Assembly (NCBI RefSeq): GCF_037042905.1
Contig: NC_087250.1
Location: 6,636,001-6,700,000 of the forward strand
Direction of reading: 5' to 3'
Length of the DNA: 64,000 nt
Origin: Lytechinus pictus
Taxonomy: Eukaryota
Below, piece after piece: positions 52,825-64,000 of the stretch. The translations under genes were made by a program, and so were the position numbers. Positions within the stretch are counted from its first letter, which is position 1, and every line of letters begins with the position of its first letter. The notes under the pieces were generated by a model. That model saw only the letters and a list, made by a program, of their open reading frames with translations, had not been told where the DNA came from and did no database searches.

Positions 52825-55800
52825 CGTAGTTCGCTATGAAACCGTTCTTGGATCATCATAGTTTAGGCCTCACTTTAGCAGGCTAATACAAACCATTTTA
52901 AGTACTAGTATTGCTCATCCCAGGTCACAGGGATGTCAGGATAAAATGGATCCCGGGAAAATTAATTCTCAGCGTTTTTATCAACATTATGAATGGCTAG
53001 CCGTCCAGATCTCGCTGACGACACGCTGGTGGAGCTGCAGAGTGCAGTGAAGGGATGGACGGATACAACGCTGAATTACCGAACCCCTACAGGGACTATC
53101 TCAGTTAGGCCGGGATCACCGTTCTCGTTAGAGGTCTAACGTTAGATCGACCGCTATTTTGCCACGGTCTATTGGTGAGACTGCAGAGTTGGAATATACA
53201 TCAGCTTCCACAGGAATAATAAGTACTTTCAGTCAAACGGAAGCTCTGACCAATGCCGTGAATGAGGATATTTGCCGGAGTTGTTCTCCTATGAGTACAA
53301 CTAGGCCGATTGTCTTTTGAGGCTGTGCCTGTGATAAAACTGCCGGCGATGCTTCGAGTTCGATGGAGCTGGATCTAATTGATTGTTGATGCGAATGGAG
53401 TGGAGTTAGGGCCCGGACCACAGTGTATATATCTTGACCCGGTGAGTGTTTGGATCCATGTTTGTACTTGTAGTTGCACATCTTGACCTAGACCTTAAAT
53501 GAATTTGGCCTGAACCGGCCGCTATAGTATAGCTATTACTTAACTTGGGGCCCGGAACTCTAACGTTATAACTTGTGATACTAGATTAGGCCTATATCTA
53601 TTGACCAAATTCAAAGTTCCAACTCAGACTAAATGTTCTCTGGGCCTGGATCTATCCCTATAACCCCTTTGGCTTTGGTTCTAGGGCCAACTATGATATA
53701 CGATATCGATCTAGATTCTAGGTAATAGGACCGAACATTTTTCAATATATTTCTAATGTGGTTGCGGGAATGCAGGATAAATGGAAACTGAAGGACCTAG
53801 GCTAGCTTCGACTCGGCTTGGTTTGCGACTGGAGTTGAGTTGATTCAATATGACTTTATGAGAGCGTTGGTAAGGGTCGAATCAGAGGGATTGGCGTCGC
53901 GCCCTACTCGGAAAGGCAGCGTTGAACAGTGGACTGAGTTGAATTATCAAATATTAGGTCAAAACCTATCACAATATGAGTTTTTTGTATTGGATCTAAT
54001 TAAAGGATCAACATTCTGTTTCGCCAGCTGAGTCCCGGCTCATGCTACAAAATAAACAAAAAAGAAATAAACGATGCTCCATACACCAAGCTGGATCCCA
54101 CGATAATTTGAGCCCATTGATCAGCTGGCATTTTGTAACCAAATTCCCCAAAATGAACAGGATAGGGGCTATAAATGAAACTGGGGTGGCTGCCTTCGGT
54201 GTGAACAGGGATACGATAAATATGATGAAATAAACTGCATTCGCCTACCGGTACTAAAACGATATTATTCATTGAGATAGATGGTAGAGGTATAGGTCGA
54301 TGTACCGTAATCCGTATTTTGCTGTCCATTGGGCGTGTGTAATAATAGTTATTTGCTTGGTCAACTTCATCCTGTTCTGGACCTACATGAATTAACTGGC
54401 AGCTTAGTTGCTTGATGAGGTTGGGGAATGCTAAGATACGTCATTTTTTATAGACCTCTATTACCAAATTTCAGTTCGGAAATGTAGTCAATGTATGCCC
54501 AGTGTCCGTACCACTTATCCCTTCTCGCCGGCCTCGAGTTTATAAGATGGCGTAAAGATAAAACATAACCACAATAAAATATACGTCGATTGTATCATTC
54601 CGGGTGAGGAGGGGAAGTTGAGGGCGTTTGTGCCCCCCCCCCCCCCCGAAATGCTCAAAAGAGCCCTGGAAAACCCCATTTATTGCCATGTTAAAGCTTA
54701 TCCAACGCTGTAGGTTCGGCCCCTAGTTGTGAAAAGTGAAGGGAACGAGTGCGGGATTCACAAATTCATTGGCATACTTTTTAAAAGGGCGCCTTGGAAA
54801 ATCCCCTTTTATTGCAATTCTGGAGCGTTGCAAGTTAAGGCGATTAGTTGTGGAAAGTATAAGGGAACATGTATGGAATTCCTTGCACACATTCTTGTCA
54901 CGTTGTGTTGAACAATACTCTGCCGGAAGATTTGTTTGTTTTTTACCTCTCCAGGGACGTGGAGTCTGAAGTTAATTGGCCAGGGCACAAATGATCAAGC
55001 CTAGACCCAGACTGATGTACGAGGAGACTTAGCTAAGCTTGACCTGGACTGGTGTACGAAGGGACAGGGCTTAGACTTGGCTTACTATGGTTCACATTGG
55101 ATGACAGTGGTTGCAAAGGTTTTCACACTGCAAGATGAGAAATCCGGATTTATTTGAAGATGCCGGATTTATGGTTTAACGTAATGCTCTAAATAGACGA
55201 GAGGTTGAGAAATGCAGTGATCAAGATCCTTAAGTCCAGACTTGAAGAGGAAACATGAATAATCTCGAAGTTGTTGAGAAGTATAACCCTTTCGGAGAAA
55301 ACTAAAAAACCTTGGAAAAAGGGGGCATTATGGGAACACCTTCAGTTCGTATCTATTTGCAATACTGGGCAGCCAGCAAAGTCGGTTGAAGCATCGATAA
55401 CCAAGAATATAAACAAAAACTGTGAGGCATGTCCCTCTGGTGCATTTATGTGCTTATATATGTCTCTTCCTTTAAGACATAACCTCACCTGTTGTAAGAG
55501 GCGATCTCATATATGAAGCCAACTTGAATGTGGGAATGCACGCCTTGATTTTTATGCCCCCATTTAACTTCATTAATCGATGTGGAATGGATATTATTAG
55601 TTTCGATTCACACTGGTGACCAAAAACGAAAAAAAAAAAAAAAAAAAGAGAGAAAAAGAAAAAAAGAAAAAAATCCCGGTTCTTAGCTTGAAGGAAGGCA
55701 TTCCTACATAAACATTACACATGAGAAAATCATGCAAAATTTCCTAATGCATGAACTGTTACCAGGGATGATGAAATTCAGTGGTCTTATTTAACGGTTA

Positions 55801-57111
55801 TGGAGGCCACAGTTTGTTCACTTGAAAAGAAATACACATTTATCAAATAGTTGTGGAGATTGATTTTGTATGGCATTTCATCAAACAGTTGAGTTGTACA
55901 ATAATGATAGAATTACTAGCATGGTTTGGCTATACGTTAATTTGATATATTCTTTGGCCTCAAATTATTTCATGTTAGAGTCACTTCGATGACCCCCTAA
56001 TGGACATTAAGTTGAAATTATTTGAAAGAAGGGTACTCCTTTTTAAGGTGTGCCAAGACATTTGTTGATTTGTTGTTTCACATTTCCGCAAAAGTGGATC
56101 CGAAGGTTTTCCAGAGTTTCTTCTCACCGAGTTTTATCTCTGGTTTTTTACCCTGGACCTACTTGACGTGGAATTGGTTTCAGCTCTCGTTGCATGAGTT
56201 GTGTTTAGTGCAACGAGGGCTTAAACTTGCGAACAACATTCACTCGCAGGGGGAATGAAATAAGCAAGGATGCTATGTTGTCAAGCTTGTTAATGGTTTA
56301 GAGTGAGAATGGTTGGCCAATGTCCAATTGATGTAGAGATATTTATAACAACTTGGAGGTGTAGACGAAGAGTATGGTATATGATGCGTCCATTCGTTGA
56401 TCGCATGAGATTGCTTTGTATGGAATATTTTTTTGATTGTTGACTATCCATTCCGATGGCTGGCATGGTTTATTGATCATTAACTTAGTTGTTGTTGTCC
56501 TTGATTATTGAATTGGCTGGGTTGTCGAGCGTGAAAACTCACTTTTGAACTTATGGCTTGGTTGGGCTTGGTTACAGAATTACCGACTGATTATTATCGG
56601 TAGCTTTGACATCAGCTTTCCAGGGGAGGCAATGGTTTGATAATTTAAAGTCGACGGCACCGATGCACGGCCCTCTATTCTACCATTTAGGGTCGCCGCC
56701 GAGGAGGCAGAATATGGGACCAAATCCTACTTTAGTCATGATATCGGGGGTGCTTTGGAAGAGTGGCCCTTATTTTATCGAGTATTATTATACAATAAAA
56801 TGCACAAAATAGAATTCTCATACTAGTATAATGGCGACAGTATTGAAGTACGAGTATAATTACATGACAAAAGAAGATGACGCTCATAGTATATATGTTG
56901 GTCCTAGTGCAGAGGACAAGGGAGAGAGAGCATAATTTATGGGTTTCCGAAACCATGAGTTGCAACCAGGAAACCAGACGCGATGGTTTGGGAGGGATGG
57001 CCTTGACATGAAGGGACTCCCAAAATCCAATAGTGTTTGCCAAGTGTCACGGCAAAAAAAAAAAAAAAAAAAAAAAAAAAATGATTATTTGGGGCTTTCG
57101 CTTTTTTGTGG

Positions 57112-57594
57112 GTATTTTTTCTTATATCGGTCAAATTTCAACACCAGGGGGAGGCACTGTATACTAATTATGTCAAGAAAATCGGGACAGGGGAACCCAA
57201 CTTTCCAAAGTCTCCTGGTTTGAAAGTCCGGCTGGATGTCTTCCGGCAGGTTCCCCTTCCAAGAATTCACGTTCTGGTCTTGAAGCCTCTCCCCCAATTT
57301 TATTTCACACATGAGATAATCTTGTATTGAATAGATGATAAATGTAAAGAGGGGAATCCGCACCCCAGGAAATACCTGTCCTGGGATCCCGTTGGATCTC
57401 TTCCTTCTGGGAGGTCACGTGACCCGGTTTCCCCCTTAAAATCTGGTTGATTGTGGCTTGATGAATATTGTTTAGAAACTGTGTACTTGTTAAAATATTG
57501 TAAATGTCGTTTTAATGATTCTGGTAAAATCCCCCAGAGGCAATAAAGTTGAGAAACGGCAATTTCATGTTCGATCTGTATTTATTCTCGCAAT
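57112..57594 (+). repeat. Repeat B1 (483 bp)
   Basis: Matches 59573-60055 with 1 substitution seen. AATAAA at 57542. Confidence 0.95.
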
Positions 57595-57953
57595 AAGATT
57601 ATTCGAATAAGCGAAGAAGATAGTTTGCGAGAGAAGACAGGTCTTCTCAAAAAAACAATTATTGGCAAGCCATACACGGCCCGCGAAAACAAAGCGCGCC
57701 CCTGCGATTCCGCGGGAATTCTCCAAGGACACGCCCCCAGCAACATGTCTGTGATTGGCTGGGCATGTCATGGATGGCGCCGTTACACAGCGCCCTTGGT
57801 GACAGCCAGGCAACGGCAACGGGGGCACAGCCTCTACGCTAAAAAGAACCAATGAAATGCATTGAAAGAATTCAGGTACGTGCGCAATACGCGACAGATT
57901 TGGAAGCACATGTTCATTCTCAACTAAGCTCTGGGGGATGCAAGACGTTAATT
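57592..57953 (+). repeat. Repeat A2
   Basis: Directly fused to B1 through AAT; constant 5129-bp offset from A1. Confidence 0.95.
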
Positions 57954-58229
57954 TGCCCTCCCTCCCGCCCATTTAATAATGGTTGTGAGTGGTTGGTTAT
58001 AATATTGTCAGGGTCGGAGGGTATTGTTTCTGCCTCCAAAAATGTGGTACACATGTTATGAAAAAAGATTGGATGATATAATACATGGTTGTTAATAATT
58101 CTGTCGTGATTTTTGTTTATACTCAAATCTGTCAAAGGCGATTGTGCTAATTAATCTAAATGTGGTAATAGCGAATTTTAAAGACGGGGCTCGAGATTGC
58201 TCAATGAGCCTGTTTAAGTGCAAGTTGTG

Positions 58230-59570
58230 CCGGTTACAGTTGATTGAAATAACCTTATATTTTGGTTGGTTATACTGTTGATAGATAACATGGATTTATT
58301 TTGGTTGGTTGGCTGGGCATGTGTTTTGATAGAATTGCATTGGTTGCATAGGCTTGTATTAGTTGACTGGATGGGCTTGATTGGCTTGTTGGTCGGATAG
58401 ACTTGCATTGGTTGGTTGGGCGATATGTTTGGTTGTTTATTATCATAAGGATCCACGCTCTACAAGCAAGGCTTTTAGTGGATCCCCTCATTTCCAAACA
58501 AGTTCTTGTTAATACAATTGCCAAAATTTTCATAATTTGTCTATAGTTGATTTGTAATTACAATTGTTGTGTATTTGTGTTTATGCATTTAGTGCATATT
58601 TGATTTGTACCGTGATTTTTTATGATGTACATGACGGAAGTTCAAAATGAACTCGTTTTTATTCGGTTGGATGTGCTTGCGCTGGTTGGGTGGATGGGCT
58701 TGCTATGATTGGTTGGTTGGTTATAATGATCATAGGGATTCACGCTCTCCAAGTAGTTATTTTAGTGGATCCCCTCATTTCCAACCAAGCTATTAATACT
58801 TTTGTACAAATTTTAAAATTTTGTCTGTAGTGGACCGGCAATTACAATTTATATGTATTTGCAAATTGTTTATGCGCACTATGATGCATATTTAATTCGT
58901 GTTTGTATTTGGTAATGATGTACAAGATGAACTGAAATTTGTTTGGTGGCTTTATATGGTTGGTTGGCTGGGCTTGTTCTGGTTGACTACAATTGCACAA
59001 ATTTTCATAATTTGCAGTTGATTTGGAATTATAATTGATGTGTATTTGTGTTAATGCATTTGATGCATATTGATTGGTACCGTAACTTTTTGTGATGTAC
59101 ATGACGGAAGTTCAAAAGGAACTTGTTTTGTTTGGTTGGATGGGCTAACATTGGTTGGATGTTTGGGCTTGTTATGATTAGTTGATTGGTTATGATCATA
59201 TCGATCCACGCTCTATCAGCAGATCCTTTAGAAAGATCCCCTCAGTTTCAACCAAGCTGATAATACTATTGTACAAATATTGAAATTGTGTCCGTAGTTG
59301 ACTTGTAATTACAATTGATATGTATTGTCATTGTTTATGCATCATATCATTTATAATTGATTTATGTTTGTATGTGGTAATGATGTACAAGGTGAACTTA
59401 AACTCGTTTGGCTAGTTAGATTGGCTTTACAGGGTTGGATGGTTGGATGGGCTTGTTATGGTTGGTTGGTCGGGCTTGTTATGGTTGGTTGGTCGGGCTT
59501 GATATGGTTGGTTGGATGGGCTTGTTTTGGCTGGTAGGATGGGCTTGTTTTGGTGTTTGGCCTGATTACT
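58230..59570 (+). repeat. Diverged ~470-bp tandem units with TTGG-rich tracts between A2 and B2
   Basis: GATCCACGCTCT..GATCCCCTCATTTCCAA recurs near 58450, 58737 and 59203. GATGTACATGACGGAAGTTCAAAA occurs at 58624 and 59094. Confidence 0.8.
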
Positions 59571-59572
59571 GA

Positions 59573-60055
59573 GTATTTTTTCTTATATCGGTCAAATTTC
59601 AACACCAGGGGGAGGCACTGTATACTAATTATGTCAAGAAAATCGGGACAGGGGAACCCAACTTTCCAAAGTCTCCTGGTTTGGAAGTCCGGCTGGATGT
59701 CTTCCGGCAGGTTCCCCTTCCAAGAATTCACGTTCTGGTCTTGAAGCCTCTCCCCCAATTTTATTTCACACATGAGATAATCTTGTATTGAATAGATGAT
59801 AAATGTAAAGAGGGGAATCCGCACCCCAGGAAATACCTGTCCTGGGATCCCGTTGGATCTCTTCCTTCTGGGAGGTCACGTGACCCGGTTTCCCCCTTAA
59901 AATCTGGTTGATTGTGGCTTGATGAATATTGTTTAGAAACTGTGTACTTGTTAAAATATTGTAAATGTCGTTTTAATGATTCTGGTAAAATCCCCCAGAG
60001 GCAATAAAGTTGAGAAACGGCAATTTCATGTTCGATCTGTATTTATTCTCGCAAT
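59573..60055 (+). repeat. Repeat B2 (terminal)
   Basis: Constant 2461-bp offset from B1; ends ..TTCTCGC-AAT into the host repeat. Confidence 0.95.
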
Positions 60056-63000
60056 GATTATTTGTTTTTCATTATTTATAAATAATGATTATTTGTTTTT
60101 CATTATTTACAAATAATGATTATTTGTTTTTCATTATTTATAAATAATGATTATTTGTTTTCCATTATTTATAAATAATGATTATTTGTTTTTCATTATT
60201 CATAAATAATGATTATTTGATTTTCATTATTTATAAATAATGATTATTTGTTTTTATATTATTTATAAATAATGACACTACATCCTTCATTATTTATAAA
60301 TAATTGCAATTCGTTTTTCCGTTATTTATAAATAAGTTTTCTATTATTTATAAATAATAATTATTTATTATCAATGCCAGTGTACATTTCATTATTTATA
60401 AATAAATTTTTTGTTAAATAATGAAAACGTCTACTTCATTATTTATAAATAATTTTTTCGAGTGCACTATTATTCTCATTATTTATAAATAATCATTATT
60501 TAATGTTTGAGTTTTCCATTATTTATAAATAAAGATTATTTGTTAAATAATGAAATATCTACTTCATTATTTATAAATAATAATTTAGTTTCAATATCCC
60601 ATTATTTATAAATAATCATCATTTATAAACAATTTTTACAGTTTGCCATTATATACAAATAATCATTATTTATATACAAAAAACCATTATTTATTAAATA
60701 ATGCCATTATATATTAAATAATGAAAAACTCGCTATAACATGCAAATGTGGGACCGCCCATGATATGAATATTCATGATGCGATTTCCTTTTTCGTGATT
60801 TTTCTTCGCAAATTTTTGTCCATTTCCTCTTCATAATGACATTTCTTGAAGCAATTTTCTAGGAATATGGTCTGATTGTAATATTCTTCATTTTCTATAT
60901 AACTTCGTCTTCGTAGAAATATCAAAAAGTGTAATTTTATACGATTTTTCCTACAGTTCACAATCCCCATAGGCGCGCGTGTATCGTAGGGACAACCGGT
61001 GAATCGACGGAGTGCTCTTCATCGAAATACTACGTTGGTTGGTCCCCGGAAGTGGCGGGCGGAATTTAGCCCGAATCCTCGATGGAAGTAGATCAAGTGC
61101 ATATGAGCTGAGAGAGTGAAATATCAGTGTACAGGCCCTTCTACTTTTTATAAATATTTCTTGTTGCTTTTTTTGTTAAGTTAATTTTTCCTGGTGTAGA
61201 GATAAGTTTCAGTTCTAATAATGCACTTCAAATACATTTTGGAGTGTCTGTTTGAGGCGTTTGGGGCGATTTCACCCTGGCCCCAAAATGCTCGCAACGA
61301 CAATACGGAGGCATGATGACCCCTAAATTTTTAAAAACTTATTTTTCTATTGAAAATTATCAAAAAATTCACCAAAAGTGTGCACGAAAGCCTTCGTATT
61401 TCACTTTTAAAACTCCAAAAAGTGCCCAAATGACAAGCTTGGTCGCTTCGCTGTGTCGCTTTCAACTTGAGAAAGTTTACGCGTCTGCTTCCCCCCCCCC
61501 CCCTCCTCCGAAAGAAATTCTGTATACGGCCATGCTCTAAAGAGCCTGGCACATTGATTTAAGTATACTTTCATTTTCATAATTTTTATCTCATTATCAT
61601 CATGACCTTACGCATAATTTTTTCCAGGGGGGCCGGGGCCGGAGCATGACGCGCGTAAACTTTCTCAAAAAAATCTTGAAAGCGGGACCAAGCCCAAATG
61701 ACATACTTGGTCGCTTCGCTGTCTCGCTTTCAACTTGAGAACGTTTACGCGCGTCTGCCCCCACCCCCGAAAGAAATTCTGTGAACGGCCATGCTCAAAA
61801 GAGCATATGGCACATTGATTTATATGTACTTTTCATTTTCATTATTTTTATCACATTATCATCATGGCCTTACACAGAATTTGTACCGGGGGGGGGGAGC
61901 AGCAAGAACGCGCGTAAAGTTTCTCAAAAAATCTTGAAAGCGAGACAGCGACGCGACCAAGCTCAAATGACAAGCTTGGTCGCTTCGCTTTTTCAAGATT
62001 TTTATGAGAAAGTTTACGCGCGTCCTGCTCCCCCCCCCCCCCCCTGGAAAAAATTATGCGTAAGGCCATGATGATAATGAGATAAAAATAATGAAAATGA
62101 AGTACACATAAATCAATGTGCCAGGCTCTTTAGAGCATGGCCGTATACTGAATTTCTTTCGGAGGAGGGGGGGGGGGGGAAGCAGACGCGTACACTTTCT
62201 CAAGTTGAAAGCGACACAGCGAAACGACCAAACTTGTCATTTGGGCACTTTTTAGAGTTTTAAAAGTGAAATACGAAGGCTTTCTTGCACACTTTTGGTG
62301 AATTTTGTGATAATTTTCAATAGAAAAATAAGTTTTTAAAAATTTAGGGGTCATCATGCCCCCGTATTGTCGTTGCGAGCATTTTGGGGCCAGGGTGAAA
62401 TCGCCCCAAACGCCTCAAACAGACACTCCAAAATGTATTTGAAGTGCATTATTAGAACTGAAACTTATCTCTACACCAGGAAAAATTAACTTAACAAAAA
62501 AAGCAACAAGAAATATTTATAAAAAGTAGAAGGGCCTGTACACTGATATTTCACTCTCTCAGCTCATATGCACTTGATCTACTTCCATCGAGGATTCGGG
62601 CTAAATTCCGCCCGCCACTTCCGGGGACCAACCAACGTAGTATTTCGATGAAGAGCACTCCGTCGATTCACCGGTTGTCCCTACGATACACGCGCGCCTA
62701 TGGGGATTGTGAACTGTAGGAAAAATCGTATAAAATTACACTTTTTGATATTTCTACGAAGACGAAGTTATATAGAAAATGAAGAATATTACAATCAGAC
62801 CATATCCCTAGAAAATTGCTTCAAGAAATGTCATTATGAAGAGAAAATGGACAAAAATTTGTGAAGAAAAATCACGAAAAAGGAAATCGCATCATGAATA
62901 TTCATATCATGGGCGGTCCCACATTTGCATGTTATAGCGAGTTTTCCATTATTTAATAAATAATGGCATTATTTAATAAATAATGGTTTTTTGTATATAA

Positions 63001-64000
63001 ATAATGATTATTTGTATATAATGGCAAACTGTAAAAATTGTTTATAAATAATGATTATTTATAAATAATGGGATATTGAAACTAAATTATTATTTATAAA
63101 TAATGAAGTAGATATTTCATTATTTAACAAATAATCTTTATTTATAAATAATGGAAAACTCGAACATTAAATAGTGATTATTTATAAATAATGAGAATAA
63201 TGGTGCACTCGAAAAAATTATTTACAAATAATGAAGTAGACGTTTTCATTATTTAACAAATAATCCTTATTTATAAATAAAGGAAAACTCAACAAATTAT
63301 TTATAAATAATGAAATGTGCACTGGCATTGATAATAAAAAATTATTATTTATAAATAATAGAAAACTTATTTATAAATAACGGAAAAACGAATTGCAATT
63401 ATTTATAAATAATGAAGTATGTAGTGTCATTATTTATAAATAATATAAAAACAAATAATCATTATTTATAAATAATGAAAAACAAATAATCATTATTTAT
63501 AAATAATGAAAAACAAATAATCATTATTTATAAATAATGAAAAACAAATAATCATTATTTATAAATAATGAAAAACAAATAATCATTATTTGTAAATAAT
63601 GAAAAACAAATAATCATTATTTATAAATAATGAAAAACAAATAATCATTATTTATAAATAATGAAAAACAAATAATCATTATTTGTAAATAATGAAAAAC
63701 AAATAATCATTATTTATAAATAATGAAAAACAAATAATCATTATTTATAAATAATGGAATGTCGAACTATTATTATTATCCTCGATGGAAGTAGATCAAG
63801 TGCATATGAGCTGAGAGAGTGAAATATCAGTGTACAGGCCCTTCTACTTTTTATAAATATTTCTTGTTGAAAAACAAATAATCATTATTTATAAATAATG
63901 AAAAACAAATAATCATTATTTATAAATAATGAAAAACAAATAATCATTATTTGTAAATAATGAAAAACAAATAATCATTATTTATAAATAATTAAAAACA

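Larger units (their letters stand above)
52463..60055 (+). mobile_element. Non-autonomous split-direct-repeat (Ngaro/PAT-type) tyrosine-recombinase retrotransposon
   Basis: A1 52463-52824, B1 57112-57594, A2 57592-57953, B2 59573-60055. AAT is shared at the left, B1/A2 and right junctions, and the host repeat rejoins exactly. No ORF over about 135 aa. Confidence 0.85.
52190..64000. mobile_element. Large foldback element with a 31-bp AT-rich outer repeat domain, interrupted by the split-repeat element and running off the window end
   Basis: The left arm (52190-52462 joined to 60056-61640) is the reverse complement of about 62030-63777. Outer unit TTATTTATAAATAATGATTATTTGTTTTTCA. Inner unique domain 60730-61630 vs 62040-62945 is nearly identical. 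Left boundary is approximate. Confidence 0.88.

Noticed and set aside
52463..60055. Ordinary LTR retrotransposon or simple tandem duplication
   Set aside because: No TG..CA ends, primer-binding site or 4-6-bp TSD. The order A..BA..B with different spacers fits split direct repeats.

Overview
AT-rich animal genomic DNA; the repeat landscape and NLR type suggest an echinoderm such as a sea urchin (inference only). One host gene is visible: a spliced NACHT-LRR (NLR-type) gene on + with exons 35431-37013 and 37396-37931 and a possible 60-bp upstream exon at 2882-2941. Almost everything else is nested transposon DNA. The only intact transposase is a DD34E Tc1 element (6356-8251). Main points of interest: (1) a young 7.6-kb element with A1-body-B1A2-spacer-B2 split direct repeats, the architecture of Ngaro/PAT-type tyrosine-recombinase retrotransposons, integrated through a shared AAT core but with no long ORF (52463-60055); (2) a CACAGTG-ended Transib/RAG-like non-autonomous element with a 5-bp TSD and an RSS-like end (1372-2598); (3) a repeated, terminator-equipped tRNA-like cloverleaf with a UCA (UGA-reading) anticodon (14395, 20159); (4) two TTAA-targeting families repeatedly nested in each other; (5) a 9-kb Helentron/HINE-like tandem array and three large foldback elements. 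Superfamily labels for non-coding elements rest on termini and TSDs only; no database search was run.
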